Below are positions 41,719 through 64,000 of a DNA stretch of 64,000 nt, one piece after another. A program made the translations under genes and the position numbers. Source of the stretch: the human T2T-CHM13v2.0 reference genome, Homo sapiens; NCBI RefSeq assembly GCF_009914755.1, contig NC_060934.1; one strand, given 5' to 3'. How positions within the stretch are numbered: position 1 is the stretch's first letter; every line of letters starts with the position of its first letter. The notes under the pieces were generated by a model, which saw nothing but the letters and a program-made list of their open reading frames with translations, ran no database searches and was not told the origin of the DNA.

Positions 41719-44700
41719 TAAATCTTTTTTTATAATCCTAAATTTAACTAATTGATATCAATTTAACATATATTATTGATCCAGCTAATAATCATTACTC
41801 ACTGTAGTCCCTGTCTTTGAAGAGCTTGTAAGTACACAGAGACCTAAAACAAATAAAATTTTTATAGTGTGGTAAGCACTGCAATAGAAAAATACTCAAA
41901 ATCTGTGTTAAAAATATTTAACCCCTTTAATCTGGGTACACAGTATATATTAAAAAGATGAAAGTTTACATATGTTCAAGAATGATTTTAATCACTGCAA
42001 ACGAGATTTGTTATTATTGCTTTTATATTTTGTTTCCTCTGACTAGGACACAGTATATTTTACATATTTTATCATTGGTTTTTCAAAAATCAATGAATGG
42101 ATGGATTAATGGATGTCAGTTCATACCATGTATTTCAGCTACAGCTAAAAATCTCAGGTTAGAACCTAAAAGGAAATTATCTGAAGAGCACTCTAAGCAC
42201 TTATGTAATATTTATCTGATTTTTAAATCTAACTTACTTGGTCTGATCATTTACTATTTTTAAAAAAATTCTCAATGATCACTTAATTATTCTGTATTAA
42301 TTCTTCTAACTTTCACACACAAGAAGATCTAATCTTTGTAGTTCTCGTTACAATAAAAAAACTACATGAGGATATAATAGTGTAGCATAATTTTTAACTA
42401 TAATTACAACCACGTATGTAAATAATACAGGATAAATTGCGAGAACAGGGGGATCTAAGGTAATTTATAATTTCATCTTGTATAAATGATCAGATAATAG
42501 CTGAGAGAGGCTCCTACTTCACAAAATTGATTGTTACAGGTAACACAGCAGGATAACTTGTTACATGTATGTGATTTTAAATGTTCAAAAAACTTTTCAT
42601 ATTTTAACCAAGGTAGCACAAAGAACAAAGAAATTGATCTGCAGTCATATTTAATAAAAGTGCATACACAAAACTTTAAATAGTATATAAAATAATATAA
42701 GCCATCATGCCTGATGGAATCAGAATTCTATCTTTTTAAACATAAAATGGAGCATGTCTTGTTATTTGTACTTTCTGATGCGCCACATATAGGCTTGCAT
42801 CTTATATATTGTGAAATCACCTTTAAAAATATCAAGGTGATATCATCCAAATTACTTTAAGGCATGACATAATGGATTATTTCCCTGTGTGATTATGGGA
42901 TTAACTTCAGCTGGATGTTTAAGTCAGATTTTTTTGATATTCCAATAATACGTGTGCTACCTGATTTCTATTAACTTGAATAAAATATATTGTATAGTGT
43001 TGAAATTATTACCTGGAAGATCAAAGCAATTTCCCATTTTACTATTAAATGAGAAAAGCTTCTTGCTTAAAACAAATATTGATCCAAGACCCCTCTCTCA
43101 TATGACTAGTACAGAGACCCAGTAGGCACTGGAATAAGTGTACAAAAGTGAGGGTGGATACACCAGGGATGAAATAGACAGGAGTAGCCAGACCTGCCAG
43201 ATTCATGGGGTAAGTTCCAAAATGGAGATAAAATAATATTGTTGTTGCTTTATAAATAGTAATTATTGTCATAACCAACTCAATGCTGTGAGTTAATATG
43301 TGCTGATAACTTGTTATATACAAGGTACTTATTTTTAGTGAGAAATTTTAAGGTGAAGTGATGGATGCCTCATGCTCATTATCTGTATTTTCCCCAAACT
43401 ATAATGAATTTGAATATTTGAATTTTTGTGGCTCTTCATAACTAGCTTAGAATCTTTTCAGCTTTCTGAACTTTAAATTGTAAATTTTATTAAAAATTAA
43501 TAAACAATAAATTCAACCCATTCTTGATTCAAAAAAACCTATTTGCCAAAATTTTAAACGTAGTATAAAAATTCTATAAACATATACATGTGCTTCTCAA
43601 AAAAATAAATGAATAAAATTCTCTATTATTTTTATCATAACAGGACCAGGCTTTGGATAAAATGACTGCTGAGATGTAAGTTCCATCAGATTGCGACAGA
43701 GATGTGTTTAAATTAGGAGTCTTTCAATTCAAAATGATGTACATTGATAGCATATAGTATATGCAAGTTGGCATTTTCTTTTTTCTTTGAAATTATGTAA
43801 TTTTTTCTTACTGTACCAAAAATCACATTATTGAGGTATAATTAATAGGGACTACTAGTAAGTTGTAGATATTATTCAATTTTTAAAATAAAAATGGCAA
43901 AATAAATGATAGAGTATTTCTAATCTGGCCTGATTCAAAATATTTTTTTTTCAGTTCTGCCAGAGGAAAAAACTATGTTTATGGTCTTGAAGCTCCCATA
44001 TATACACATAGAATTATATATATATATATACACTCACACACACACACAGAGACATCATTTTTTTCTTCTTATGAATTTCAATTTAACTTGAATTATAATG
44101 TATTATCTCTGTATGCAACTGCAACAACAACAAACAACTAAAGAGGAAGAGTGAGTCTTACAAAGCAATTCTTACCAAATTAATCAGTTCTTATTAAGTA
44201 AAGTCCTATATATTAACGCACTGAGCAAATAAGCTCAAGTATATTCCTGAAATACAGCCCCTAAAATAGTCCTCAAAGTAAGGTAAAGATCTGGACCAAG
44301 GCACTTTCAAGAGGATTCTCTTGTAATTTATAATTGATGCTTAGTAAGATATAGAAAATTCGAATTTAATAAAAAGAATAAATTGTTCATTGAGTGAAGA
44401 ATTCTCAAAGAAAGGAAGCTCAGAATAAGTCCTTCCTTACTATATAGAACGGAAGTATTTATCACATTTATGACAGTAATTCCTTCGAGAAAATTCTTTA
44501 GACTCTGATGTTTTAAGGTGATTTATTACATATGGAAATATTGTTAAAACAAATACATAAATGGAATGAATAAGATAACAAAACTTGAAGATTGGTTATA
44601 GCATTTTAAAATATGATTGCCATTTTATTTAATATTTCAAGATTTTTAAAGAAAATATTTTTAAAGTGCTTATTATAGACAGTGTGATAGTTCAGTGAAA

Positions 44701-45469
44701 GCTGAATGAGTTTGTTTTTAGGCAATGTTGAGAAAATACTACTCTGCAAAAGGCTTGATAAACTATCCCTGTATTGGAAATGTTTATCCAATTTCTACTT
44801 ACTTACATAAATCACAGCAAGTTGCAATGTTTGTTTAGTAATATGAAAAATAAAACTACAATAGTAGATTAATATATAAGAAAAATTATATGAGCTCTAC
44901 CTTTGAAAAAATAGTTCAACTAGCCTATCAATTTATATTTTAATTTAATTTCATTAATAATGAATGTTATGCAGAGTAATTGAAATTATTTTAAATTTAT
45001 CATATAATTCCCCCAAATATTTAATACATTATTTTAAAACTTACACAAATTGCTTTACCTGTTCTATGGGGAAAATGCAGAATTACATTCAATTGTTGAG
45101 GAAAGAATAGATTCTACTGGTGAAAATTTTTTCTCATATCATTCAAAGTGATTGGTATTCTATGCAATCAACAATACAAAATGCATATGTGGGAAACTCA
45201 ATCTTCAGTGCTCTCATTTACTCTTGATTCAACAGGATATGTTTGTCCCTAAAGTCAATAGCAAAAAATTATTTTGGGAGAGTTATTTGTAATATATTTG
45301 ATTGATAAGCACAAAAAGAACAGAAAGGAAAAGATCAACAGATTAATGATAGAATAGATCATTGAGTGTTCATTCTTGATTTTGCTTTCATATTTTTGTA
45401 ATTGTTACAAAGCCTCTCACTATTAGGGAGGTTTCTAAATTCCCAAGATCAAACATACCCATTGATGAG

Positions 45470-46067
45470 CTTAATTATAGCATCCCCAAAGATAGCCAAA
45501 CCTTTAATTTCCACAACCTATGAATAAGTAACTTTACATGAGAATAGGAATTTTTCAAATATAGTTCAGGCTACAAACTTCAAGATAGGGAGACTATTCT
45601 GTATTATCCTGGTTTCCTCAATCTAATCACATGAGGCCTTAGATGCAGAGAAATTTCTCTGGAAACAAGAGAGAAGCCGCAGAAGGAAAAGTCAGATTCC
45701 AAATGTCAAGAGGATTTACCATGCTGGCTCTGAGATGTAGGAGGACATGTGCCGGGACCAGAGAGGAGTCTTTAAGGAGGAAGGGCAGTCCCAGTGACAG
45801 CCAGGAAGGAAACAGCAGTTTCAGCTCTACAACACGAATCTGAATTCTGCCAGCAATCTGAATGAGATTGAAAGCAGTTTCTTCCCAGAGCCTTCTTGTA
45901 AGTGCCCTGCTGACCAACAGCTAAATTTGATCCTTTGAAACCCAAAGAAGAGAAATTAGCAAATCCAACTCCAACATCTGACCTAAAGAGCTGTGATATA
46001 ATAAGGTGTTGCTTTAAGCCACTAGGCTTTTTGTAACATATTTTAGCAGCAATATAAATCTAATACA
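45470..46067 (+). mobile_element. MaLR LTR (MLT1D-like)
   Basis: gacagccaggaaggaaac...tgaattctgccagcaatctgaatgag...gcaatataaatctaataca. Confidence 0.7.
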
Positions 46068-46069
46068 AG

Positions 46070-46322
46070 CATGAATAAGTTCTGGAGTTGTACAGAGTGG
46101 TGGTTATAGTTAAAAAAATGTATACTTGAAAATTGCTGAGAGTAGTGTTAAATAATCTCACCATGAAAAAAAGTATGTGAAGTGATGAATATGTTAATTA
46201 GCTTAATTGTGGTAATAATTTCACAACGCATGCATATATCAAAAGATAACATTGTATTCTGCAAATATACACAATATTTACTTTTCACCCATACATTAAT
46301 AAAACTGAAAAAAAAGAAAAAA
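46070..46322 (+). mobile_element. L1MA 3' end fragment
   Basis: tacttgaaaattgctgagagtag...gttaattagcttaattgtggtaat; A-tail. Confidence 0.7.
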
Positions 46323-46410
46323 TACTGAATCTAACACGAGCAGCATCTATCTTTATTAACATATTTATTAACTTATTATTAGTCTTCCTAAAAGTTTCAT
46401 TCAAATAATT

Positions 46411-46466
46411 TATATAGATACACACACACACACACACACACATACATATATATATATACATATATA
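46411..46466. repeat. Compound (CA)n/(TA)n microsatellite
   Basis: Direct read. Confidence 0.9.
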
Positions 46467-47319
46467 CTGTAGGCTATTTTATTTGTATAACAAGAACTAG
46501 GAAAAAGAACATTAAGTCACTGAGCAAACTAAATTTTCAAATTCAAAATTTCTAAATAAAATCTTCTTACTGAACAATCTCTTGTCAGCTCATTCAATAC
46601 TATGCTGGCAAATATTTGATTACATGTATGATAATTTGTATAATTTTTAGTTATGTCTAATTTTTAAAAAATTGATATCTAAATATCCATGTCATCTTAA
46701 TATAAAACTTTAAAAAAAGGCTCTTGATTATATGGCATTGCTTCATTAATTTCTTTATTTCCCTGGAGAAAGCAGGTAGTACACTTATTCTAAGTCTCTC
46801 TTTTCCATTTCTTCCAAGTTAATTGAAAGCTTTTTCATATAAAATTTTCTCTATCATCAATAATGGTACTAAGAGTAGCTAATTGATTATTTAAGCTTAC
46901 CATGCATTAAGCAATGTATCAAGTGCTTTACGTTTAAGACTCTTAATAATGCCACGAAAGAAATACTATATTTTCTCTATATTTTCGATAACAATCATGA
47001 GACCCACTGATAAGTTGCCCACGTTAACCTACCTGATAAGTGAAACTGCCTGATTCTCTGAATCACAAGTATTTAAGTCTGTGCTTTTAAGTACTATTCT
47101 ATCCTGCTTTCCCACTAGCTATTGTGGGCTTGGGCCCTGGTGATTTTTCTGTCTACTAAATAATAAAAAAGTAAACTCAAATATTTTACTCCAACACTAA
47201 CTAGAAAGCAATATATGCTAAATAGTTCTGGTTTAGATTTGTTATTTCATTTTTAAAATTATATATTTCCAAATGTTTCTGGTTTTGTATACATTCTTTA
47301 TAAAATGTTTACTTTTATT

Positions 47320-48363
47320 CAAAACCATCTTTATTCAGCATCTCCTGTGTTGTAGATATTGGTCTAAGTCTGAACATATGACAGAAACAGCATATGCAAA
47401 AAAAAAAAAAATAGCCCGCATAGAATAGGTATTCAATTCTAGGTCTAGTGTGAAGTGATAAGCAAAGAAATTAAGCAAAATATATAGTAGATCATATGAT
47501 AATAGATCATATAAGGAAAAGCAAAGCAGATAAATAAAGTGTGATGAATAAGGGTGCTACTTAAAATGCTGAAGTGAGATAAGACTTCATTAGCGAGGTG
47601 ACATTTGAGCAGAGACTTAAAGAAGGTCAGGGATTGAGCCACATGGGTTTCTGGAATAACAGCTTTCCAGGAAAAGGGAAGAATAAATGCAAAACTCATG
47701 AAGCAGGAGTGTACATAGCATGTTTGCAAAAACATCATAAAGACAGCATAGTTGGATCAGAGTGAATTAGGGATAGATACATATACTATTAGGTCATAAA
47801 GCTTGTGGGGACCAAATCTGTTGATCTGAGTGAGATAGTGATGCGATATGGCTGGTGTTGACATAATTACTAGAATACTATGTTCTAAACAAACTCTATG
47901 ATGGTAAAGGTAGAAGGATTTCTATTTACAAAGCTAATCAAAAAACAAGGTTAATACGAGTCACAGCTTGAGCTAGGGTGGTAAAGGTGAAAGTTATGAG
48001 ATGTGGTATGATAATGCAATTAACAAGAGATTCATTGAAAAAAGAGAGTCAAAGAGGATACCAATGTGGATTAGATATAGCAAAAGAGAGAATAAGAGAT
48101 ATCAAGGATGACTCGAGGGGTTTTAGTTTTAGCAATTTGAAGAATGGGTATTACACTTGAGTCAAGTGGGAAAGATGACAGAAGGAGCTGTTTTGAAAAA
48201 GAATATGAGGAGTTTGATTTTGAACGTTATTATTGAGACTTGTATTGGACATCCAAATAGAAAGGCGGGGTAGATAATTGGATATATTAGTATGGAATTC
48301 AAGGGAGATGTTCAGACTGGTAGGTTTATATTATAAATGAGATTTCAGATCATAGGACTAGAT
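47320..48363 (-). mobile_element. L2 LINE, left part (continues at 54574)
   Basis: gaggtgacatttgagcagagac, ggacatccaaatagaaagg and ggatatattagtatggaattcaagggag are L2a-like motifs. Confidence 0.75.
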
Positions 48364-55075
<6,712 letters not shown>

Positions 55076-55081
55076 AGTAGA

Positions 55082-55367
<286 letters not shown>

Positions 55368-55377
55368 TTATAAATAG

Positions 55378-55713
<336 letters not shown>

Positions 55714-57800
55714 CTATGAGGTTCCACAGCATGAAACATATGAGACAGTATGCTAATAAGCATGATAGAGTAAAGGGGGTACATTTTATAATCCTGAGGA
55801 AGGAACACTTGTGGGAGTAAGACACTTGAACAGATTAAAGTGAAGTTAATTCTAGAGTCATCAGGAATAATATCACATAACAATAATAAAACACCAAAAA
55901 GTCCTCTATTACTTCTTTCCAATTTTTTGTCAACTGTAAATTTAAGAGAAAATATTGATTGATCCTATCCCGAATTTGAGTAGTTTGTTTTTCTTAATAA
56001 AATATGATTTATAATTTTTCCAGAAGACAAACTACTTTCTTTAACTTCTGACCCACTCTGTTTGTAGTGTATAAAAAGCTGTATCACTATGTGATACATT
56101 TAGAGAAAGGAACTCCTTTTTTTTTTCTTGATTAGTAATTTTTTTCTTGTATCAATTGCATTCACCTGGGGAATATAAATTTATATTTAACTCTTATGCC
56201 TGATAAGATGCTGACATTAGTAATGATATATAAATTAACTAGTAGTAAGTTTTAAATGGTAATTAAGACGATATAGTTTAAAAGCAGAAGTATCAAGTCA
56301 AAAACAAATTCAATTTAGTATACTCTTAAACTCTTTAATGTAAAAGTGTAAAACTTTTCACAAAATGCAATGCTGTGAAAATAAAGCTTTTTTCAACTTT
56401 ATTTCACTAGTTTATCTCTTTCTTTCTCTGTTTTCATCATTTCTCCCCTGCAGTTGTTTTATGCCACTCTATTTCTCTTTCATGAATTCTATTTTCCACA
56501 ATTTTTCTGGCAATAGAAATTTAAACATCTTACTCATTTTTATTGTCCTATTTTAATTGTTGCTGTATTTTTTTCTTATTCCAGATATATTGCATGATTA
56601 AATTTCTCAACTAGAAGATATACAACTATAGACTATATTTCACACAAAGACACTGCACATCCTATTATGGAGGAAAAGTGATGATTCTTGGTGTTACCAT
56701 TTAGACAACAGAGCACAGAGTATTTAGGGAAAGTTATGAATCCTAACATTAAAGAGCGGAATGTTCTTGCCATGTGAAGCATGAAAAGTAATGTGAACAT
56801 AATCTTCTCTTCTTGTCTATGAAATTGTGTTTCCAATGGCAAAGCTTTCTCAATATCATTACCCTCTGGGGGTTATGCCATGTCCTAAAGTAAAGAGTCT
56901 GTACTTTGAAGTCAGCATGGCTTTGGATGACTTTCTTAATAGATCTGAACTTCCAATTTCTCATCAATAAATTATTGTCTTTCTCATTGGTTTTAACAGT
57001 GATTATACAGGCTGATATATATAAAGTACTTTGCATAAAGAATGGCACATTGTAGAAGGTCATTAGGTATTTTTTTCACTGTAATACAGGTAACAATTTT
57101 GATGTTTTAAAATGTGTTTACTCATTCAATAAATCTATTGAGTGCTTACTGTGTCCAAACAAAATTCTGAGTACCAGGGTGAGAGTAGTTTAAAAAATAA
57201 AAGACAGAAGTTTTTGCTGTCCTGCAGCTAATATTCTAGTTTTTATCTTGACATCATTTTGAATTTTCCTTTCTATTCTATTTGTGATTGCTCTCTCTAA
57301 ACTTTTTTCATCTTTTCAGATCTTTTGCACTAAACAGGTTGAGAATTATAGTGCATGTAAGTTATTCCATTTTCCCATTAAATGTGAGCATTTAAGATTT
57401 TGATACATACTATTTTTTGGTAAAAATGTATTTAGCTCAACAGAGTAAAATAAGTATGGCTATAGCAATTATTTGCCATATAAGGTATAATGGCAGCATA
57501 AAAATTTTCATGCATGTGGTCTATGTGAAATTTTGTCTAAGAGAGTTGAAATCAGTATAGATTCTTAAAGCAGTGGAGAAAAACAGATTTCTATTTATTT
57601 TCTCCCCATCTTGTGGGTAGATAATTTCTTTTAAAGTATCAACCTCAAACAAACATATGACATAGGTTTTTGCCTGTTGGATCTTTTTATAATTTGAGTT
57701 TATGCTTATTTTCTCATTCATAGTGAGGATACAGAAATATTTTTATAATATGCCTAAATAAAAAGATTTGCCTCTAACTTTTTTTTCTAATGAAAAATAA

Positions 57801-58335
<535 letters not shown>

Positions 58336-59179
58336 TTGCCTGGTCTATCCTATCGACACATGTTCCAACAGATGAGGTCATGAGGTTTACCCTAAGCTAC
58401 ATGACCTGCTCAGCTTAATAGTTCTCTAATAGTCATCACTGAAATTGCGTGTAAACTGGGTTGTCACAAAGAGGTATTTTATGCAGCAATCAAAATTTGG
58501 TAATACATCATTTACTTAGTTTTGAGCATTCTTGGACTTAAAATCTTTATTTTTTATTTTTTTACTCCAGGCTACACTTTCTGCCCTAAACACAATGAGT
58601 CTGGCACACCTTTGCATAACAGTGGCTCATAGGGGTCACATTTCTCTAGGTTTTGTAATAGATTCTGAAGGGAAATAGATGAAAAAAGCATGCCAGTGAA
58701 TTTAATATACTGACAGGCTCATGTCTTCTCTTACTATTTACTGTGTTCTTGTACTTTGAATTAGCAAATCTTAAAATTTCTGTATCTGATATGGCAAGCT
58801 CATTCAGGGAACCAATTTTTGATCAGTTTGTGCCTGGAATAAAGCTAGACATGAGAGATAACAAAGTTTAAGATGCTTAGAGACCGCTGAAAAAAATATG
58901 TATTGATTTTTCTTTGCCTTACTTTCTACTCCAGTTTGCTTTCATCATTACATGTTGAGCCCAGGACAAGAAAACCTTGGTAAAATTTCTTTTTCTTCTT
59001 CAGGATGATAAAAAAATCTCTTTTTACTTTTAAAAGTTAGATCTAATACATTATATTTGCATGTTAATAGGCTGTCATAAGTTTCCCTAGGAAATTTGCA
59101 GATTTCTCATGAAACTTAGAAAAAGGCTAACTATTCTGTACTAATAATTTTTTTCGTGTTCTATTTGTTAATCTATTCA

Positions 59180-59480
59180 TGTATTTTTATGGATATGCAA
59201 GAGTTGTACATATTTATATAGTACAACTCTCATGTATCTATAACAAGTAAATGTGATATTTTGATACATGCATACCATGTGTAAAAATCAAATCACCATA
59301 TTTAGGTTATCCATCACCACAAAGGTTTATTATTTATTTGTTTTGGGAACATTTCAAATATTCACCTTCAGCTATTTTGACATATACGATAAATTAGTAA
59401 CTAGTCACCTTACAGTGCTATTGAACTCTCGAACTTATTTCTTCTACCTAATTGTATGTTTGGTCCCATTAACCAAATAA
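59180..59480 (-). mobile_element. L1MA 3' end fragment
   Basis: atgtgatattttgatacatgcatac...gggaacatttcaaat...cccattaaccaa. Confidence 0.7.
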
Positions 59481-60976
59481 ACTCCGCACAGTTCCATGAT
59501 TACTCTCCAGAGCTATTTTCTCCAGTTAGCAATATAAGTACATGCAGTTGAGAAAGGGTATTTTCACGGTGGTATTAGATTCTACCCTTATTGAAATTTG
59601 AAACTTCCTAACATCTGTATTCTTAGTGTCTCATGGAATCTGAGCTACAAATTGTGAAATGTATTCTGGCTTTGTACACATATATGACATCTCACTGTTT
59701 ACCACCTGTTGTAGTGCACCAATATTGTAAAGGTTTGCTGGCAAAGCCCTGCGTTTCTTTTTCTCTGGTATTACCCTTTGTGTTTATCTGTAGCAACCAC
59801 CTGGCACTCTCCTGCTTTCACAAAAAACACGGTGGGTCCATCCTCAAAATGAGCCTCCCTATTACCCAGAAGACAGATGAAATAGTGTCTTCTCACAGAT
59901 GGTCTGTGATGTATACCTTAGCTGAATATCTAATCATGAAAAGTAGTCAGGGATTAACTACAATTTGCCAGAATCAACTTAACTTGTGCCACAAACTTAT
60001 GCTTTAAAAGCAAAAAAGTATAAAAAGATTATTTCAAGATGACAAAAACTTTGGCAACTATACTTTACATAAAATATGTGTTTCACAATTGTATTTCACT
60101 TTATTGCCTCATGTCTAAATAGTTCAAATGTGTGAATGCAGTTAGGAAATATTTCTTTCATTATAAAAACAGTGTTTTTATGATTGCACTTTAAAAAAGG
60201 CTCTAGTTAAAATGTTTAAGCATTTCATAAATATTCAATTTAAAATAAACATTTTAATCCTTTAGAATGACGAGGTTACAATGCTTAAGCATTTCATAAG
60301 TGTTTACTCTAAAAGGAATGTTTTAACCATTTAAGAAGGTTTAACAAAAAATATTTTGGGGTTTTAAAATACTTTTTCAAACAAGGCAAACATAAAGTTA
60401 TAGCTAAAATCTCAACAGTATGGTGTTTGATTTGAGAGATTGAAGGTATTTGTTTCATTTGGTTTTACTGAATGATTCATCAGCTATGCCGTGAAACTTA
60501 GAAATATCAACTCTTGGGCTCATAAGAACACTTTATTATCTTCATTGTCACTAGTTATTACTTGAGATATTGCAATCTAACTTTTTCTTCAAAAGACTGT
60601 GTTTTTCTAAACATATTCAACCCAGCCTAGACCAAATTCATGCATTATTTTTATAAAGTACAATGTGTTCTGCTAATATCTCCAGAAAATTTTTTCTTGA
60701 AGTTGATTTATATGTAAATACTTTTACAACATGAATTTCACCCTAATTGACTTCTTATAAGGCAAGAAAATGCATAAATTTTTCTTAACTTTTACTAGCA
60801 TCTATTCCCCGGAATACTCCAATCACTTATGAATAATATTTCAGTTCTGTATTAAAAATTTCTCTGTGAAGCTTGCTCTTGGATTATAGACATAGGTTGG
60901 TTTGACTGACCAGAATGCTTCCTTCATTATTTTGATAAAATAATGGTAGTTTTCCTTGGAGAATTACCCCTTACTT

Positions 60977-61318
<342 letters not shown>

Positions 61319-62986
61319 TAATCCATTGGTTTCAAAACCTGACAGCCTAGCTTCAGAGTTGAGCATATTACCTAGATCATTCTGTTTCTTGACAACTATG
61401 ACTAATTAATATGTCATAAACATGACCCAAACTATACAAAATTAGTATCAGTTTTAAAATTTTGACTGGAAATGCCTGAAATAAATTATTTTTGGGGGGC
61501 AAGGTTCAGGCAGAAAGGCAAGGACTGTAGAATTTTAGAGCTTGTTGTGGTCATATTTATCAACATTAGATGTGAGATTTTGTTATTCAGAATGCTTTGA
61601 TGTATCAAAACCTCAAAATGCTGCAAATGAGAAATCAAAACATTCATGGATTGAATATATACCTTGATTTTGTATCTCCAGTTTACTAAAAAAGCAGTCT
61701 GGCCAGTCCAGGAAATATGTCATTTCTCACTATTCCCGGCACATCAAGTTTTTCCTCACATTAAGGTAATGTTTCAGCATGTGCTTATTTTGTTTTTGAA
61801 TATAATGGTGCACGGCTGTTTGGGCTATCAGAATTTTTTAAGCCATTAATTTTATCTCAGGTCTTTTTTGCATTCCACACCTTCCTGCATACTAACTAGG
61901 TGTGTAAATTTCTCTTAAAATCACATTTCCTTACCAGTCCAAATCAATTCATTCTTCCTTATCACATATATTCCTCTTCTATTACCTCAGAAATAAGTTA
62001 ATAAAATACTTTACTGTTATCATTTATTTCTGATTGTAAAGTAATGATACAATAGATTTAGATCCTCATTTTAGCCATCATTTAATCATGATCATGTACC
62101 ACTGAACTTAAAAGTTGGAAAAAAGCAATCTAAATTTCATCTGAGCTCCAATCTCATGTAATTTATAAAATTTTGGAAGAACACAGGTAGGTACTCAGAG
62201 TAATCAACTTAGCTTTGGGAGAAGAATTTAATGTTTTATTATCTGCCACAACCATAGCCTGGTGAATTGATTTAAATCATTGAGCTATAACTGCTTTTTG
62301 AAGATTTTTTATTTTTCCCCTTCTTGTGAATTAGTAATTAACAAAATGTAAAAATCCAAATTCAATATATAATTTCATGTTATAAAATAAAGGTTACCCA
62401 TGAAATATAGTTAATGGTCAAATAAATTCTTTGTTAAGATTGGGGACCTTTGCAATTTGTGAGAAACAGTCACACACACACACAAAGTCTGTAAACAAAG
62501 ATAAAATGTTTTTGCTGAATAATGTAATTGTCATTTGCTGCTCCCTTATTGAAAGAAAGGTGTCTGTTTACCTGGATTGTTGCTTAAATCTGCCACAAAT
62601 TTGCTACTCAAAACCTTATTTATTATATTATAGCAAATAGGGTAATAATTACTGTCAGAGAAGGGGACATACTTTTTGTAACTCTTTACATTTTTCTTAA
62701 AATACAAATTGGTATACAAATTTTGATTTTGAATCTTTCAATTATGTTTTCACTACGTCCCATATATCCTCTAAGTTTTGTCTTTTTCAACTTCAGTATA
62801 CAGATTTCAGCAATACTGTAATTTTTTACTGAGTACTTAACATATATGAGAAAAAGATACTTTACAATTTCCACATGCTGTAATGAAATATGTTGAGCTT
62901 AGTTTATGTTAACTGCATCTAGTTCTTGCTTGATTTCTTCTTTTTTCCTCTAAAGTTATATTTTATCTTGCAAGTTGTGTATGTAT

Positions 62987-63518
62987 GTGTATTAGTTATG
63001 TGTTTGTTTAACAAATTATCCAAAATCTTAGTGGATAAAGCAGCAAACATTTATTATCTCACAGTTTCCATGAGTCAGAAATTCAGATAATGCTTAGCTG
63101 CATTCTCTTTGCCTGAATATCTCACAAGGCTAAAATCAAGGTGTCAATTGGGCTATCGTTATTCCAAGGTTCAATCAGTGATGAGTCCACTTTCATAGTG
63201 ACTCAAGTAGCTGTTGGTGGGACTCAGTTCCTCCATGGTTATTCTTAATTGGTGGTTGGCAAGAGGCCTACTTCACTGTTTTACCACATGGATGTTACCC
63301 ATAAAGCATCTCACAACATGGAAGCAGCTTCAACAGGGCTAATAAATAAGAAGGCAAAAAAGAATGTGCAAGAAAAAAGTCAAAGGCTTTTGTCATCTAG
63401 ACTTGGAAGTGATTAAGCTCAAGTGTGATTAATCTCAAGCCAACTATCAAGCTGAAAGGACAGGATATGAATATTAAGAAAAGGGGATCACTGAAAGCCA
63501 TTTAGGAAACTGCCTACA
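62987..63518 (-). mobile_element. MaLR LTR (MLT1-type)
   Basis: aacaaattatccaaaatcttagtgg...aaacatttattatctcacagtttc...aaggctaaaatcaaggtgtc. Confidence 0.7.
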
Positions 63519-64000
63519 AATTATGTGGATATGGATGTTTTACGAAAATAAAATTCCTTGTCTTAGAGTGGTTTCTTTTTACTTTTTTTCTACATCTAAT
63601 ATTTTAGAACCCAAAACATGGGGATAAAGACAAATTTTAGCATCTTATCCTTAATATTTAGGAGCACAGCATACGTCATGTTGAGGATGCTACTATGCCT
63701 TTACATTATGTTGGAAAGTATATATTCATCTCTGGCTCTCTTTTTTTCTCTCAAGTGATGGTGATTTATAATGTCTAGAATAAAGTATACTTAGAAGCCA
63801 AATTAAAACTGTATTTTATCATATTCGTATAAGCTTACTAAAGTATTACTAAATACTCCTGTTTGCATCTTAATCATCTCCAAACTTTTTTCTCCTACTA
63901 TGGCATCTTTTCATATCTGCATGAACCAAATGTGGCTTTTGAAATAGGAAATTTTGGATGGAATAATAATCCACTATGAAGGAGTCATATAGTTAATGTA

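Overview
Primate (most likely human) genomic DNA. No intact protein-coding gene is supported. The window holds four pseudogenes plus interspersed repeats. (1) A 7-exon NUTM2-family (FAM22) gene copy on + (3351-12223) with five visible lesions. (2) An intronless NPAP1/POM121-like pseudogene on + (~22230-23860), split by an AluSc. (3) An unprocessed cathepsin L copy on - (35497-31973) with all 7 coding exons, canonical splice sites and the catalytic residues intact, and only one nonsense codon. (4) A processed PGGT1B retrocopy on - (CDS remnant 54544-53517; the whole insert is probably ~6.2 kb). From recall, this gene order matches the human 10q segmental-duplication cassettes. The best fit is 10q11.23 (NUTM2HP-NPAP1P1-CTSLP4-PGGT1BP1), but the paralogue identity needs alignment. 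The left ~37.5 kb is comparatively GC-rich; the right part is AT-rich and dominated by repeats. No new biological system can be established from sequence alone. The best leads are the near-intact cathepsin L copy with two plausible rescue routes, a 33-bp inverted repeat bracketing NUTM2 exons 3-4, and the isoform fossilised in the PGGT1B retrocopy.
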